Below the pieces are notes generated by a model. It was not told the origin of the DNA. It did not search any database and worked only from the letters and a program-made list of their open reading frames with translations. A stretch of 64,000 nt of DNA from a virus, in IMG/VR virus record IMGVR_UViG_3300005099_000065, positions 1 to 64,000 of that record. One strand, written 5' to 3'. Made by a program: the position numbers and the translations under genes. Of this stretch, positions 19,101 through 29,500 are shown piece by piece; the first letter of the stretch is position 1; each line of letters opens with the position of its first letter.

Positions 19101-19990
19101 ATGTATTAGCTAATTGGAAGGGTGGAAAATTGTTGTACCAAATTTACGGAGGAATCGGAGATTTGTTGTGGCGTACTGCTCTCTTTCGTCAAATCAAAAA
19201 GTCATTTCCCGACACATATTTGTGTGTGAGCAGTCGGGGACCTCATTGGAAACTGATTTATGAAAATAATCCTCATGTGGATGAATTGCTCGATTTCGGC
19301 AGCTATGATTGTTCTGAGTTTGACCGAGTGATAGAAGATGAGTTGTGTCCTCATGTGAGATGTGGTTATGCTTTCAAAATGCATGCTGTGGAAGCATTGG
19401 GTGTATGGGCTGGTTTGGCAATTGAGGATTTGAGTTACGAATACAAAGTGAAAGATGAAGAGAGAAAATGGGCTAAGGAGTTTTTGTCTCAATTTGCTCG
19501 ACCAATCATAACAGTGGCTTTAAGGGCTTCGAGTAACGTGAGAAATTGGGACCCCATTCAACAGTTGAGATTGATTAAGATGCTGAGAGAAGTAGGCACT
19601 GTGATTCTTTTGCATTCTCATCCTGTCGATTTGGCAAGGTTGGATGGGGTGGTGAGCATGTGCGGAGGATACAATGTTCGACAAGTGGCTGCTGTTATCG
19701 AGCAATGTGACCTTTTAATCACACCAGACACAGGGGCTTTGCACTTTGGTTGTCATTTTGGAATTCCTACAGTTGCTTATTTCGCAGGCACAGACCCCAA
19801 GTGCCGAATACGAAAGACAGACAAAAACGTTTCAGTGATGATGCAACCAATTTTGCCTGATTGTCATCCCTGCTGGTTTCACGGGGCGAATTGCCCTCGT
19901 TTTGGCACTTTGGTTCCCAAATGCATATCATTGTTGAAAGCAGAACAAGTGTTTGAATTGGCTTTACAAAAATTGAAGGAAAGGAGGTGA
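19097..19990 (+). CDS. Glycosyltransferase GT9 (heptosyltransferase-like)
   Basis: GGIGDLLW, ENNPHVDE, CDLLITPDTGALH...GIPTVAYF. Confidence 0.9.
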   Translation: MNVLANWKGGKLLYQIYGGIGDLLWRTALFRQIKKSFPDTYLCVSSRGPHWKLIYENNPHVDELLDFGSYDCSEFDRVIEDELCPHVRCGYAFKMHAVEALGVWAGLAIEDLSYEYKVKDEERKWAKEFLSQFARPIITVALRASSNVRNWDPIQQLRLIKMLREVGTVILLHSHPVDLARLDGVVSMCGGYNVRQVAAVIEQCDLLITPDTGALHFGCHFGIPTVAYFAGTDPKCRIRKTDKNVSVMMQPILPDCHPCWFHGANCPRFGTLVPKCISLLKAEQVFELALQKLKERR

Positions 19991-20355
19991 GGCAATTGTT
20001 AGGCACTCAAGCAAGAAAAAGAGGCTATCAAATAAACAGAGTTCAGTTGAAATTGAAAAGACATCGAACATTAACACCAGACATCGTGGCGTATGTTATG
20101 GGGACTCGCTGCGTGTTGGGGTGGGATTGTGAATCTTGTCCCAAATATTCTCATTGCAAAAAGCGAGTCCAAAGGGATCTCTTTTATCAAAAGAAAATTG
20201 AAGACGAAGTGTTAGACTATTTGGACAGAGCCAGAAAAAGCAGAGGTCCCGATTTATGTGATTTGGGAGTGGTAAGTGATATAGTACAGGAGGAATATTT
20301 ATATGAGTGGGAAGAGGATTTCGAAGGTATCAATTATCATTCCAGTTTACAATAA
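19987..20355 (+). CDS. Hypothetical protein with Cys cluster
   Basis: CVLGWDCESCPKYSHC; coupled ORF. Confidence 0.5.
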   Translation: MRQLLGTQARKRGYQINRVQLKLKRHRTLTPDIVAYVMGTRCVLGWDCESCPKYSHCKKRVQRDLFYQKKIEDEVLDYLDRARKSRGPDLCDLGVVSDIVQEEYLYEWEEDFEGINYHSSLQ

Positions 20356-22354
20356 TTTGCAATTGTTGAAGAAGTGCATAAGCTCGCTTCGTCAACACCA
20401 TGCTGGAGCTGAATATGAATTGGTGATTGTGGACGATGGGAGTACAGAGCCTGGGACGAAAGAGTATTTGAGCAATTTTGAAAATGTGATACAGCAAAGC
20501 AATCAGGGATTTATAAAGGCATGCAACCACGGAGCCAAAGTAGCAATTGGCGAATATCTTTTGTTTATGAATTCAGATATCGAGGTTTTGCACGATGGTT
20601 GGCTGGGAAGGTTGGTGATGGTATTTGAAGAGAAAGAGGATGTGGGGATAGTAGGATGCAAATTGATTTTCCCTGACGACACTGTACAACATTGTGGTAT
20701 GGAATTTTCCTCACGCCATATGAATTTCATTCACCGTCATTATCGAGCCCACAAAGCAGATCCTCAAGTAAACCAAAGCGGATACGTACCAGCTGTTACA
20801 GGAGCTTTGTTTATGGTGAGAAGGAAAGTGTGGGATGAGTTGAATGGATTTGATGAACAGTATGTATTCGGATATTTTGAAGACACGGATTTTTGTATGA
20901 GAGCTTTGGAGAAAGGATGGAAAACTTATTATTGTGCTTCGGTGGAAATGATTCACCACCAGTCAGCTACCACGGGAGGATGTCCATCTGAAGTCTGGTT
21001 TCACAACCATGAAATTTTTAAACAGAGATGGATCCGAACTGGCAAACTATGTCGTTATCCTAAAATAGCAGCTTGCTACATTGTATTCAATGAAGCCGAA
21101 TTCATCAGCGAAAGCTTAGCCAGCATTTATCCTTGGGTTCACAAAATCATCATTGTAGAAGGCTGTACTGAATACACAAAGCAATTTGCTCGACCAGATG
21201 GAAGCAGTAGTGATGGGACAGTTGAAAAAATAAAAAACTTCAATGATCCTCAGAAAAAAATTGTACTCATTCAAGGAAAGTGGAAAGACAAAACACAAAT
21301 GAGAAACGAATATTGCAAACATTTGAAAGGATTTGATTATGCTTTGGTTGTGGATGGAGATGAGGTATGGAGTTATCGGGAAATGGCAAAAGTAGAGGAA
21401 TTGATGTTCAAAGAACCGCATGTCAGAGCATTCAGTTTTGGAATGTATGAGTTTTGGAAAGACTTTACCAGAGTGAACAAAGGAGTGTGGGAACAGTTTT
21501 TGGGTCGTCGTACTTTGATAAAATTGGACAAGGGGCTCAAGTACAAAGATCATTTGACTCCTGTCACAGAGGATGGTCAAGTGATTCCAGCCACTTTGCA
21601 TCCCGAAATTCATTTTCACCACTACAATTATTGCCAAAGTGATGAAAAAATTAAGCAAAAATTTGAATATTATCTCAAGAAAGGCACTCCTGGTTTCAAG
21701 CTGAATGGAAATTGGTATGAAGAAGTGTGGAAGGCTTGGGATAAAGACCGAGTGAAAGTGGAAAGCACCACAGGCAATCATCCATTTGGGGGTGGGTACA
21801 CAGTGGAATATCTGGGAGATCATCCCGAAGCTGTACGCAACCATCCCAAATACCAACATTTCCTTTTCATTCGCAAGCGTTCCATTTTGTTTACATGCGA
21901 TTTGAATTTCCAATTGCCGTTTTTTCATCGGCTCACCCCTTATGATGTGAATCCATTAGATCCTTTTGCTCACGATGTCAAGGTGTTCGTGTTGTATGAT
22001 TTTTTGTCTCATTATTCCAAAAATGAAATTCAATCCATTTTGAACAATTTGTGTGCTTTGTTGGACAACCAAGGAGAAATACGCATCATTGAACCCGATG
22101 CCGAAAAGATAACCCGTGCCTTCTGTTCTCGCCATATCTCTATTTCAGATCTCAACAATTTGCTTTTGGGTAATCCCAATCATCAATTTGGACAAAGGAA
22201 AACTTTGTTGAATGTGAGTTTGTTGAAGATTATGCTTTTGGCTGGTGGATTTAGTTTTATCCAAAGCCTTGACAGACCAGATTTTTTCTTGGAAATCAGG
22301 GCATTCAAATCCCCAATTTATAATATTTTTAGACATTTGAAAGGAGGGATTTGA
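20303..22354 (+). CDS. Double GT2 glycosyltransferase with a C-terminal methyltransferase-like remnant
   Basis: First GT2: VSIIIPVYN, VDDGS, FMNSD, AVTGAL, YFEDTDFC. Second GT2: CYIVFNEAEFI, VVDGDEVW. Confidence 0.9.
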   Translation: MSGKRISKVSIIIPVYNNLQLLKKCISSLRQHHAGAEYELVIVDDGSTEPGTKEYLSNFENVIQQSNQGFIKACNHGAKVAIGEYLLFMNSDIEVLHDGWLGRLVMVFEEKEDVGIVGCKLIFPDDTVQHCGMEFSSRHMNFIHRHYRAHKADPQVNQSGYVPAVTGALFMVRRKVWDELNGFDEQYVFGYFEDTDFCMRALEKGWKTYYCASVEMIHHQSATTGGCPSEVWFHNHEIFKQRWIRTGKLCRYPKIAACYIVFNEAEFISESLASIYPWVHKIIIVEGCTEYTKQFARPDGSSSDGTVEKIKNFNDPQKKIVLIQGKWKDKTQMRNEYCKHLKGFDYALVVDGDEVWSYREMAKVEELMFKEPHVRAFSFGMYEFWKDFTRVNKGVWEQFLGRRTLIKLDKGLKYKDHLTPVTEDGQVIPATLHPEIHFHHYNYCQSDEKIKQKFEYYLKKGTPGFKLNGNWYEEVWKAWDKDRVKVESTTGNHPFGGGYTVEYLGDHPEAVRNHPKYQHFLFIRKRSILFTCDLNFQLPFFHRLTPYDVNPLDPFAHDVKVFVLYDFLSHYSKNEIQSILNNLCALLDNQGEIRIIEPDAEKITRAFCSRHISISDLNNLLLGNPNHQFGQRKTLLNVSLLKIMLLAGGFSFIQSLDRPDFFLEIRAFKSPIYNIFRHLKGGI

Positions 22355-22355
22355 G

Positions 22356-23420
22356 ATGCCTTTAGGTTTCAAAGGTTATTTGATGATTGCTGAAGAAGGA
22401 ACCACAGTTGCTGGTGGAAATGTGTGGGGTAAGGAAAGCGTGGATTGGTTGAGTGCTTTGTATTTTGAAAGCGAGTCACTAGCACCAGCACCAGACATAT
22501 TCTTTTCCACTGAATTGGGTGGCAGAAACGCTGAAGGAGACAGAGCATTTCGTCGTTCTCGCAAACGTGGAGACAAATGCGAAGGAGCTATCACCATCAC
22601 AGCATATCCAGAAGGTGGTGGAGATATGAGCGGATTAGCCTTATTGCTCAAACATGCCACAGCTGGTGTGACTAGTGGAACACTAATTGGAACAGCACAA
22701 GGACTGTCAGATGATTATTATCTCCACACATTCATTCCCAAAGACGAAATCGACAATCTTTGGAATGGTTCCACATATCGAGTTTACGGATTGACTGTTC
22801 ACATTGGTCGTGAAGATGATAGTGGGTCTTTGAGAAACTATCCCCATCTGGGGTGCAGAATCAGAAACATCACTTTCAGTTGTGCTGCTGGCGAGGAACT
22901 GAAATGCTCTGTGGAATTTGTAGGCAGAAAGCTAGGAGACACGGGCACAGCCAAAACACCCAGTTATTCAGGATTGTCCCCTTGGACATTTGATGAGGCA
23001 AGTGTGACAGTGGATGGTAATACTAGACAAATTGATTCCTTTGAAATCACAATCACCAATCCGATGGTGGAAGCTCACACATTGGGCACTAATGTCTTAG
23101 GAAGAGTCAGATTCAGTGGAGCCAGAACTGTAACAGGAAACATCACAGCACCATTTGAGGGATGGGTGAAAGACTTGTTCGACAAATGGCGCAACAACCA
23201 AAGCGCATCTCTCAATATTAAATTCACCAAAGGTACATATTGGACAATTGAGTTTGATTTGCCTAAAGTGATTTTCACTGGTGCTCCACCCAGCATTGGA
23301 GGTCCCGAAGAACTGGTAGTCACTATGCCATTCCAAGCGCTGTGGGACGAAAGCTCAGGATATGATATTCGAATCAAACTCAGCAACAGAGATGAAAAGG
23401 TAGGTTATGACATTAGCTAA
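22356..23420 (+). CDS. Major tail tube protein
   Basis: FSCAAGEELKCSVEFVG, RTVTGNIT, IEFDLPKVIFTG..PSIGGPEELVVTMPFQA; directly upstream of the chaperones and tape measure. Confidence 0.8.
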   Translation: MPLGFKGYLMIAEEGTTVAGGNVWGKESVDWLSALYFESESLAPAPDIFFSTELGGRNAEGDRAFRRSRKRGDKCEGAITITAYPEGGGDMSGLALLLKHATAGVTSGTLIGTAQGLSDDYYLHTFIPKDEIDNLWNGSTYRVYGLTVHIGREDDSGSLRNYPHLGCRIRNITFSCAAGEELKCSVEFVGRKLGDTGTAKTPSYSGLSPWTFDEASVTVDGNTRQIDSFEITITNPMVEAHTLGTNVLGRVRFSGARTVTGNITAPFEGWVKDLFDKWRNNQSASLNIKFTKGTYWTIEFDLPKVIFTGAPPSIGGPEELVVTMPFQALWDESSGYDIRIKLSNRDEKVGYDIS

Positions 23421-23440
23421 TAATTTCAAGGAGGCACACG

Positions 23441-23881
23441 ATGCCCATTAAAAGCATGCCCAAAAATGAAATCATTTATGTCCCAGAGTACTCTGGGAAC
23501 AGAGACGATCCCCAACCTTTGTGGGTGAAAATCAGACCATTGACCAGAAGAGAAAGCGATCAATACAGAAAACAAATAAGGTACTGGCGCAGAAAGGGAT
23601 TCAGAGATCAATGGGAATCAAATTTGCCAGAAATTGAAAAAAGACAATTCTTAGATCATGTGTTAGAAGTACACAATTTTGTCGATTATGAAACAGGAGA
23701 GGAAATCACGGACATCGAGCGTTTTTACAACGAAGCGCCCGATGAATTGATTACTGAAATTTTTAATGCAATGCTAGATGCTAGCACATTCAGTGAGGAG
23801 GAACTAAAAAACTTCAGGCAGCTTGCCGTTGGGTCTTCAGCGGCAAGCAGTGGGAATGCCCATGCGACAAAAAGAGAATGA
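23441..23881 (+). CDS. Tail assembly chaperone (G)
   Basis: Lies between tube and tape measure; carries the slippery site. Confidence 0.75.
   Translation: MPIKSMPKNEIIYVPEYSGNRDDPQPLWVKIRPLTRRESDQYRKQIRYWRRKGFRDQWESNLPEIEKRQFLDHVLEVHNFVDYETGEEITDIERFYNEAPDELITEIFNAMLDASTFSEEELKNFRQLAVGSSAASSGNAHATKRE
23806..23812 (+). other. Programmed -1 frameshift site A-AAA-AAC
   Basis: The heptamer is in X-XXY-YYZ phase, and the -1 frame is open without stops (LQAACRWVFSGKQWECPCDKKR) into ORF 23878-24231. Confidence 0.75.
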
Positions 23882-24231
23882 GAAACTGTGCTATTGATGA
23901 AGAGATTGTGTTGGAAAAACATGAAGAATTTTACGTGGTTTACAGCCCTCAAGTCAAGGGAAACTTCCAACTCACTTTAGGAGATATCAAATTCAAAGTT
24001 TGTCCTCTCAGTTGGATTAGCTCTGACAGCTGGTATTATTTGGAATTGTTTCATTTGTGCAAAACTTTGCATTGTCTGCCTGAAGAAGGAGGAGTGCTAG
24101 ATCAAGACAACAAAACAATGGAAGCATTTCAAATCATAGCAACAGAAATTCAACGTTATTCCGAACGGATGAAATCGCAAGAACTGCAAATGTTGCCACA
24201 ACTGGAGCAAATGAGATGGAGAAAGAGTTAA
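23878..24231 (+). CDS. Tail assembly chaperone T portion (G-T fusion via frameshift)
   Basis: In the -1 frame relative to G; LPEEGGVLDQ motif. Confidence 0.7.
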   Translation: MRNCAIDEEIVLEKHEEFYVVYSPQVKGNFQLTLGDIKFKVCPLSWISSDSWYYLELFHLCKTLHCLPEEGGVLDQDNKTMEAFQIIATEIQRYSERMKSQELQMLPQLEQMRWRKS

Positions 24232-26576
24232 CACTAAAAATCAGAGCCAAAAATTTAGCAACCAGAACATTTGAGGAAGTAAAATCAGGGCTGAACAAGC
24301 TGGATAAAAGTTTGTCCAGCCTTGCAAAAACTGTTTTTTCAGTAAAAGGAGCTTTGGGTGGATTGATAGCTGTTTTGGGAGCTAGAGAATTAGGACAGAC
24401 TTTGGTTAAAGCGGGAACTGATTTAGAAACATTCAGAACACAGTTGCAAGCTCTCTACCAAGGCAATGTGGAATTAGCTGAACAGGCTTTGCAAGCTGTT
24501 ATTCAATTTGCTGAAAAAACCCCATTCTATACCAAAGACGTTGTAAACGCATTCATTATGTTAGAGGCGGCTGGAATCAAGGTTTCAAGCAAACTCTTGA
24601 AAACATTAGGAGACACTGCTTATTTGTTCAACCGAGACATTTCTGAAGTAGCTAATGCCTTGATTGGTATGGAAACAGAGGTGTGGAGGAGGCTGGGTGT
24701 GGTTATTGACAGAACCGGTAAGAAAGCAGTTATCAGTAGTGGAAATATAAGGATGGAAGTAGAAAATACTATCGCATCCATCAGAGCAGGGGTGGTGGAA
24801 TTGTTGGAAAAGAGATTTTCAGGGGCAATGGAGAAAGCCGAGGGCACATATGTTGGAGTTATGAGGATACTGGGGTCCATCTGGGATATCTTTTGGATGA
24901 AAGTGACTGAAAGCGGAGTTTGGGATTACATCAAAGCAGTGTTTCAAACCTTGCTAGATTACATCAACCGTTTTCGTGAACAAGGTAAACTCGATGTATG
25001 GGCGAAAAGCGTATCAAATGCTCTCATAGTGGCTTTCAAGACCGGAGTAGAGAGCATTGGTGTGTTTATACGGGCGATGGATGTGTTGAGAAGTGCTTGG
25101 AATGCAGTTAAAGGAGTTATAGCTTTAGCCTTGTCCACAGTTGCCGCAGGTTTGTCTAAAGTGTTAGGAGGATTGTCCAAAGTGGTGGATATTTTCAGGA
25201 GAGACTGGGCTCAATCTCTTAAAAAGGCTTCCGAGGATTTACAAACTGTGCGGACAACTTTGGTAGAGACAGCTGTTCAATCACTAGATGCATCCAAAAA
25301 ATACTACAATGACATCTTGAAACACGAAAGAACTTTTGATGAATTTCAAAGAAATGTTGAATCAGCTTTTCAAAGAAACATAGAAATGACCCAAAGGCTT
25401 CAGGAGGTGGAAACACAAAGAGCCAATGCATTGTCAGAAAGCAACTTGAAACTATTGGAGCAGCAAGATTTGCAATACAAGAAAGAACAAGAACTGGCTG
25501 AAGAGAGAGAAAAATTTGAAGAAGAGAGATTGAAATATTTTGAAAAAATAAAAGAGGAAATGATGAGTAAGAGCGAGCTTTATGCCAAGAAGATGGAAGA
25601 GGAGATTGAAAAGTACGCACGCACTGAAGAGGAGAAAATGTTGATTCGCAAATACTATGAGGAGAAAATTGCAGAAGCTAGAGCCCAAGAGATCGAGCAA
25701 GAGAAACAAGCAATGGCTGAAAGACTGGGTGTGTGGATTGCTGGCAATAAAGAGCTGATAGATGCTACCACAGCTGATTTGGAATACTTGACCCAAAAGG
25801 CAAAGGAATTTTCCAAAATCTATGGTGAAGAATTAGCCAAGCCTATGGTGGCTCTCTTGGCTGGCATTGATATGGCAATCAATGAAATACCAAAGAAAAA
25901 CGAAATCATAATGAAGATGGGCAAGGATTTGGTCGAAAACTTGCATGAAGGCTTTAAGGGAATGTTCAAAGGCTTAGTCACAGAGGGAATCGGAGGATTC
26001 AAAGATGCTTGGAAACAAATGCTCAATTCTATCAAAAACACATTCATAGACACTTTTGCTGAGTTGGCAGCCAGTAGAGCCTTGCATGCGCTGAAGTGGG
26101 CGCTCATAAAACTGTTTGAGGACGTTTTGAAGTCAAGAGCCTTGATAGCCTTAGTGAAATTGCTTGAAAATGTGTTTGGTTTCGATTTAAGCCCTCATTT
26201 TGATTTCTTGAAGATGTCTGCCAGTGCTTTCAGACCCACATCGTTGCCGATCCACCGTTCACTTGCTTCGCTGAGTGCTTCTTTGTTTGCTCCTGCGTTA
26301 CCAATGTCAATTGCTGGCATTAGTCCAATTGAAACCAGACCAATGTTTCAAGAAGCCACACCACCATCCCAGCCAATCATAACTACCACATTGCCTGCTG
26401 CTACTTATGAAGCACAACCTAGAAAACCAACCACAGTGAACCTGAATGTGAAAATATCCACATGGGATTCGGCAACTATGGCCAAAGTCGTGAAAGAAAA
26501 AGTTATCCCGAATCTCATTGAAGACATTAGAAACTATGGAGCATTGAGAACAGAAATAACCAAAGTAACAGCATGA
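24216..26576 (+). CDS. Tape measure protein 1
   Basis: Tape-measure N-terminal pattern (ETFRTQLQAL...FAEKTPF...AFIML), long helical/coiled-coil body, follows G-T. Confidence 0.85.
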   Translation: MEKELTLKIRAKNLATRTFEEVKSGLNKLDKSLSSLAKTVFSVKGALGGLIAVLGARELGQTLVKAGTDLETFRTQLQALYQGNVELAEQALQAVIQFAEKTPFYTKDVVNAFIMLEAAGIKVSSKLLKTLGDTAYLFNRDISEVANALIGMETEVWRRLGVVIDRTGKKAVISSGNIRMEVENTIASIRAGVVELLEKRFSGAMEKAEGTYVGVMRILGSIWDIFWMKVTESGVWDYIKAVFQTLLDYINRFREQGKLDVWAKSVSNALIVAFKTGVESIGVFIRAMDVLRSAWNAVKGVIALALSTVAAGLSKVLGGLSKVVDIFRRDWAQSLKKASEDLQTVRTTLVETAVQSLDASKKYYNDILKHERTFDEFQRNVESAFQRNIEMTQRLQEVETQRANALSESNLKLLEQQDLQYKKEQELAEEREKFEEERLKYFEKIKEEMMSKSELYAKKMEEEIEKYARTEEEKMLIRKYYEEKIAEARAQEIEQEKQAMAERLGVWIAGNKELIDATTADLEYLTQKAKEFSKIYGEELAKPMVALLAGIDMAINEIPKKNEIIMKMGKDLVENLHEGFKGMFKGLVTEGIGGFKDAWKQMLNSIKNTFIDTFAELAASRALHALKWALIKLFEDVLKSRALIALVKLLENVFGFDLSPHFDFLKMSASAFRPTSLPIHRSLASLSASLFAPALPMSIAGISPIETRPMFQEATPPSQPIITTTLPAATYEAQPRKPTTVNLNVKISTWDSATMAKVVKEKVIPNLIEDIRNYGALRTEITKVTA

Positions 26577-26577
26577 G

Positions 26578-29500
26578 ATGGCTGAATTACTTCTTACAGT
26601 ACGAGCAAAAAATTTGGCTAGTCCTGAGCTCCAACGCATCGCATCTGTTGCTTCCAAACCAATAGTGCCTCCCTGGTTAAAAGCAGTTGGTCTGTTTTAT
26701 CTAGGACATGAATTTAGGCGATTAGCTTCCTCGTACTCAAGCGTGCATTCTCAGTTGGACGTCTTTTTGGTTCAAATCGCCACTGTGAAAAAGGTTTCGC
26801 TAGAAGAGGCATCTCAAATTCTGTTCCAATTGAGAGACTTCGCCAGAACACTGCCATTCAAGACCTCTGACGTGATTCAGGCTTGGACATTGTTGAACAG
26901 TGCTGGATTTCCTGTGGGTATAGAATCCTTAAGACACATTGCTGACACAGCTTTTGTATTCAATCGTACTATGACAGATGTGGCTCAGGCTATGATAAGC
27001 CAAGAAACTGAAGTGTTAAGACGATTAGGTGTCATCATACAAAGAGGACAAAAATCTATCCGAGTTTCCTCCAAAAATCTCAACACTGAAATTGAAAAAT
27101 CTCGATATGCTTTGTTCCGAGCCATCCAACAAAGCCAAAAAGCTTATGAAGGAGCATCGTCCCAAGCTTATCACAATGTGCAAGGTCTGGTAGCCATATT
27201 CAGCAGTGAATGGTGGGAGTTTTTGGCCAATGTGAGGATGAAAGGATTTGGCGATTATTTGATGGCAACTTTGACCTCTTTATTGCATTGGGTTGAGAGC
27301 AAAAGACGAGAAGGCACTTTGGAAAGATGGGCTCAAAGGATATCCCAAACCTTGGTCTCCCTCACTGCTTTGGCAATGAAAGGATTTCGGATGCTTTTGG
27401 AATCTGTTATTGTGGTTGGAGAAGCCTTGAGAGACTTTTTGAAACTCATTATTGATTTCAAACAAGCTTTCTCATTGAAACCAACTGAAGTACGAGCATC
27501 AGTCCCTTCATTAACCACTCCCGATTTGACTTTGGAAGCCGAGCAAGCTGTTGCCCAGATGGTAGAGGCTTTGAAAGAGCTTTGTTATTCAAACACAGAC
27601 TTTCTGCAGCAAGTGGAAAGAAGATACAGAGAAAATCGCAAACTCACTTTGCAACTCATCCAACTCCGAGCCCAGACAACTCAAATGGCTTCCCAATCCA
27701 ACTTGGGCACATTAGTTGAACAAGCCGAACAAATCAAAAGGAAACAAGAACAGCTGAAACAAGCAGAAAAATTAGCCAAAAAGCAAGAGAGCTATTTCTC
27801 CAAGCTCTTGGACAAAATGAAAGACACTGCTGTGGGGCTGGAAAAGAGCTATGAGTTGGAGATAGAGACATATGCTCGCACAAATGAAGAACAAGAGCTC
27901 ATACGTGCCAAATTCCACAAGTTGTGGATAGAAGCAATAGAAAAGCGCACTCAACAGATAGAACAATTCTTGAAGGATCTACCTGGTGACGAAAGACAAA
28001 TTCAAGAACAAAAGCTTCAACTTGTGATGATTCACATAAAGGAATTGAATCAACTTGTTGGCTCATATCATGAAAAATTTCTCCAATCTCCTTCAATAGC
28101 TGTAGAGGCTTACCAATCTCATTCTGTGGTAGTGATTAAGAGAGCGAAACAATTGTTGAAGGTTGTGGAAGATTTGCCCTATGTTGAAACAGGTGAACCT
28201 TATGCAAAGCTAAGCGAGATTTGGGAAAAATTGTTCATGGCGAAAGTGATAATAATTGAAGGCAAAAAGTACGAGGGTTTTTTCATAGTTTTGAACAAAC
28301 TTCCATCTGATTTAAAAACCTCATTGTCCCCCATGGTCGAACAATTAAAGTCGACTTTTTCAGTCAAGGCTTTGCAAGAATGGTGGAATGAAGTTTGGAC
28401 AAGTCGAGCCACCCAAATGTTTTTTGGTCTTTTTGACAGACTTTTTCACGCCAAACCAGCACCACCTTCATTTTGGAACACCTTCAAGAGAACGCTTTTG
28501 AAAGCTTTAGAAGAAGCGGCTAAGAAACTGGTAGCAAAGCTGCTAGTTTCCCTTTTCAGAATCACCATTGGAGAATTAGGTTGGTTTATGTTTTCATTGC
28601 AAGGTGAAAGGATTGTAATGGCACTGCTTGGATTGTTTGGAATAGACTTGAGTCCTGCTGCTCAACAAATCGCCAAAGCAGGATGGTTCACAGGTTTCGT
28701 GATTCATCCTATTTATGGAGGTTTGGTAGGTGCGTTCATTGGAGCTTTGTTAGGTAAATTGTTTGATGTGTTTGGATTGTTTAGAGCGTCCAAAACTATT
28801 TACAGATTTGTGGGTCCTATTTACAGCATATACATCTCGCCCAGAATCTGGATGGGAGGAGGAGGAAAGGGATTTGAAACAGCTGTCACAGTCGATCATC
28901 TGGTTATTCCTAGTTTGGGAGCTCAATTTGGTTGGAAAATGGCAGTGGCTCAAAGGATATCCCGAGTGCAAATGTATGTCCAACAATTCATATCATCCAA
29001 ATTGGGAAGCAACATCCCTTATGCACAAAGTGCTGCATCGATTGCTTACTACAGAGCCATAGTTAATTCAAATGAATGTGCTCCTGAAGGATATCCTGAA
29101 GCTGTATTCATATCAATCCGAAATCCTCAAGAGGCTTTAATCAAAATGGAAAGATTTTTGTGGCGTTTTGCTGTCTATTACATACAAGAACTGGTTTTTG
29201 CTCAATCTGTGTTCAAAGCTCTTCCTCCACAACAAGCTCGTTCTACATATTTGCAATATTTGCATTATGCCGTAGCCCAAGCCAGGAGATCCTTGCCAAT
29301 CGTCTCTTCAAGTGGATGGGCTAGATGGCAAGAAAGAGTATATTCCAAATCACTAGGCGAAGCGTCAAAGCTCGTGATGTCAGCCAAGCGAGAACGCTAT
29401 TACACCAAAGAGACGTACATGACCCAGATAATGACACCAATCAAATATGCTCCATATCCCTACACAGTGATAAGAAGAGTGCCTACTGGTTACAAAACAG

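Noticed and set aside
21116-21928. Long antisense ORFs (for example 21116-21928, 51292-52272, 61961-62578, 1478-2047)
   Set aside because: They lie opposite well-supported genes and have atypical composition; treated as shadow frames.
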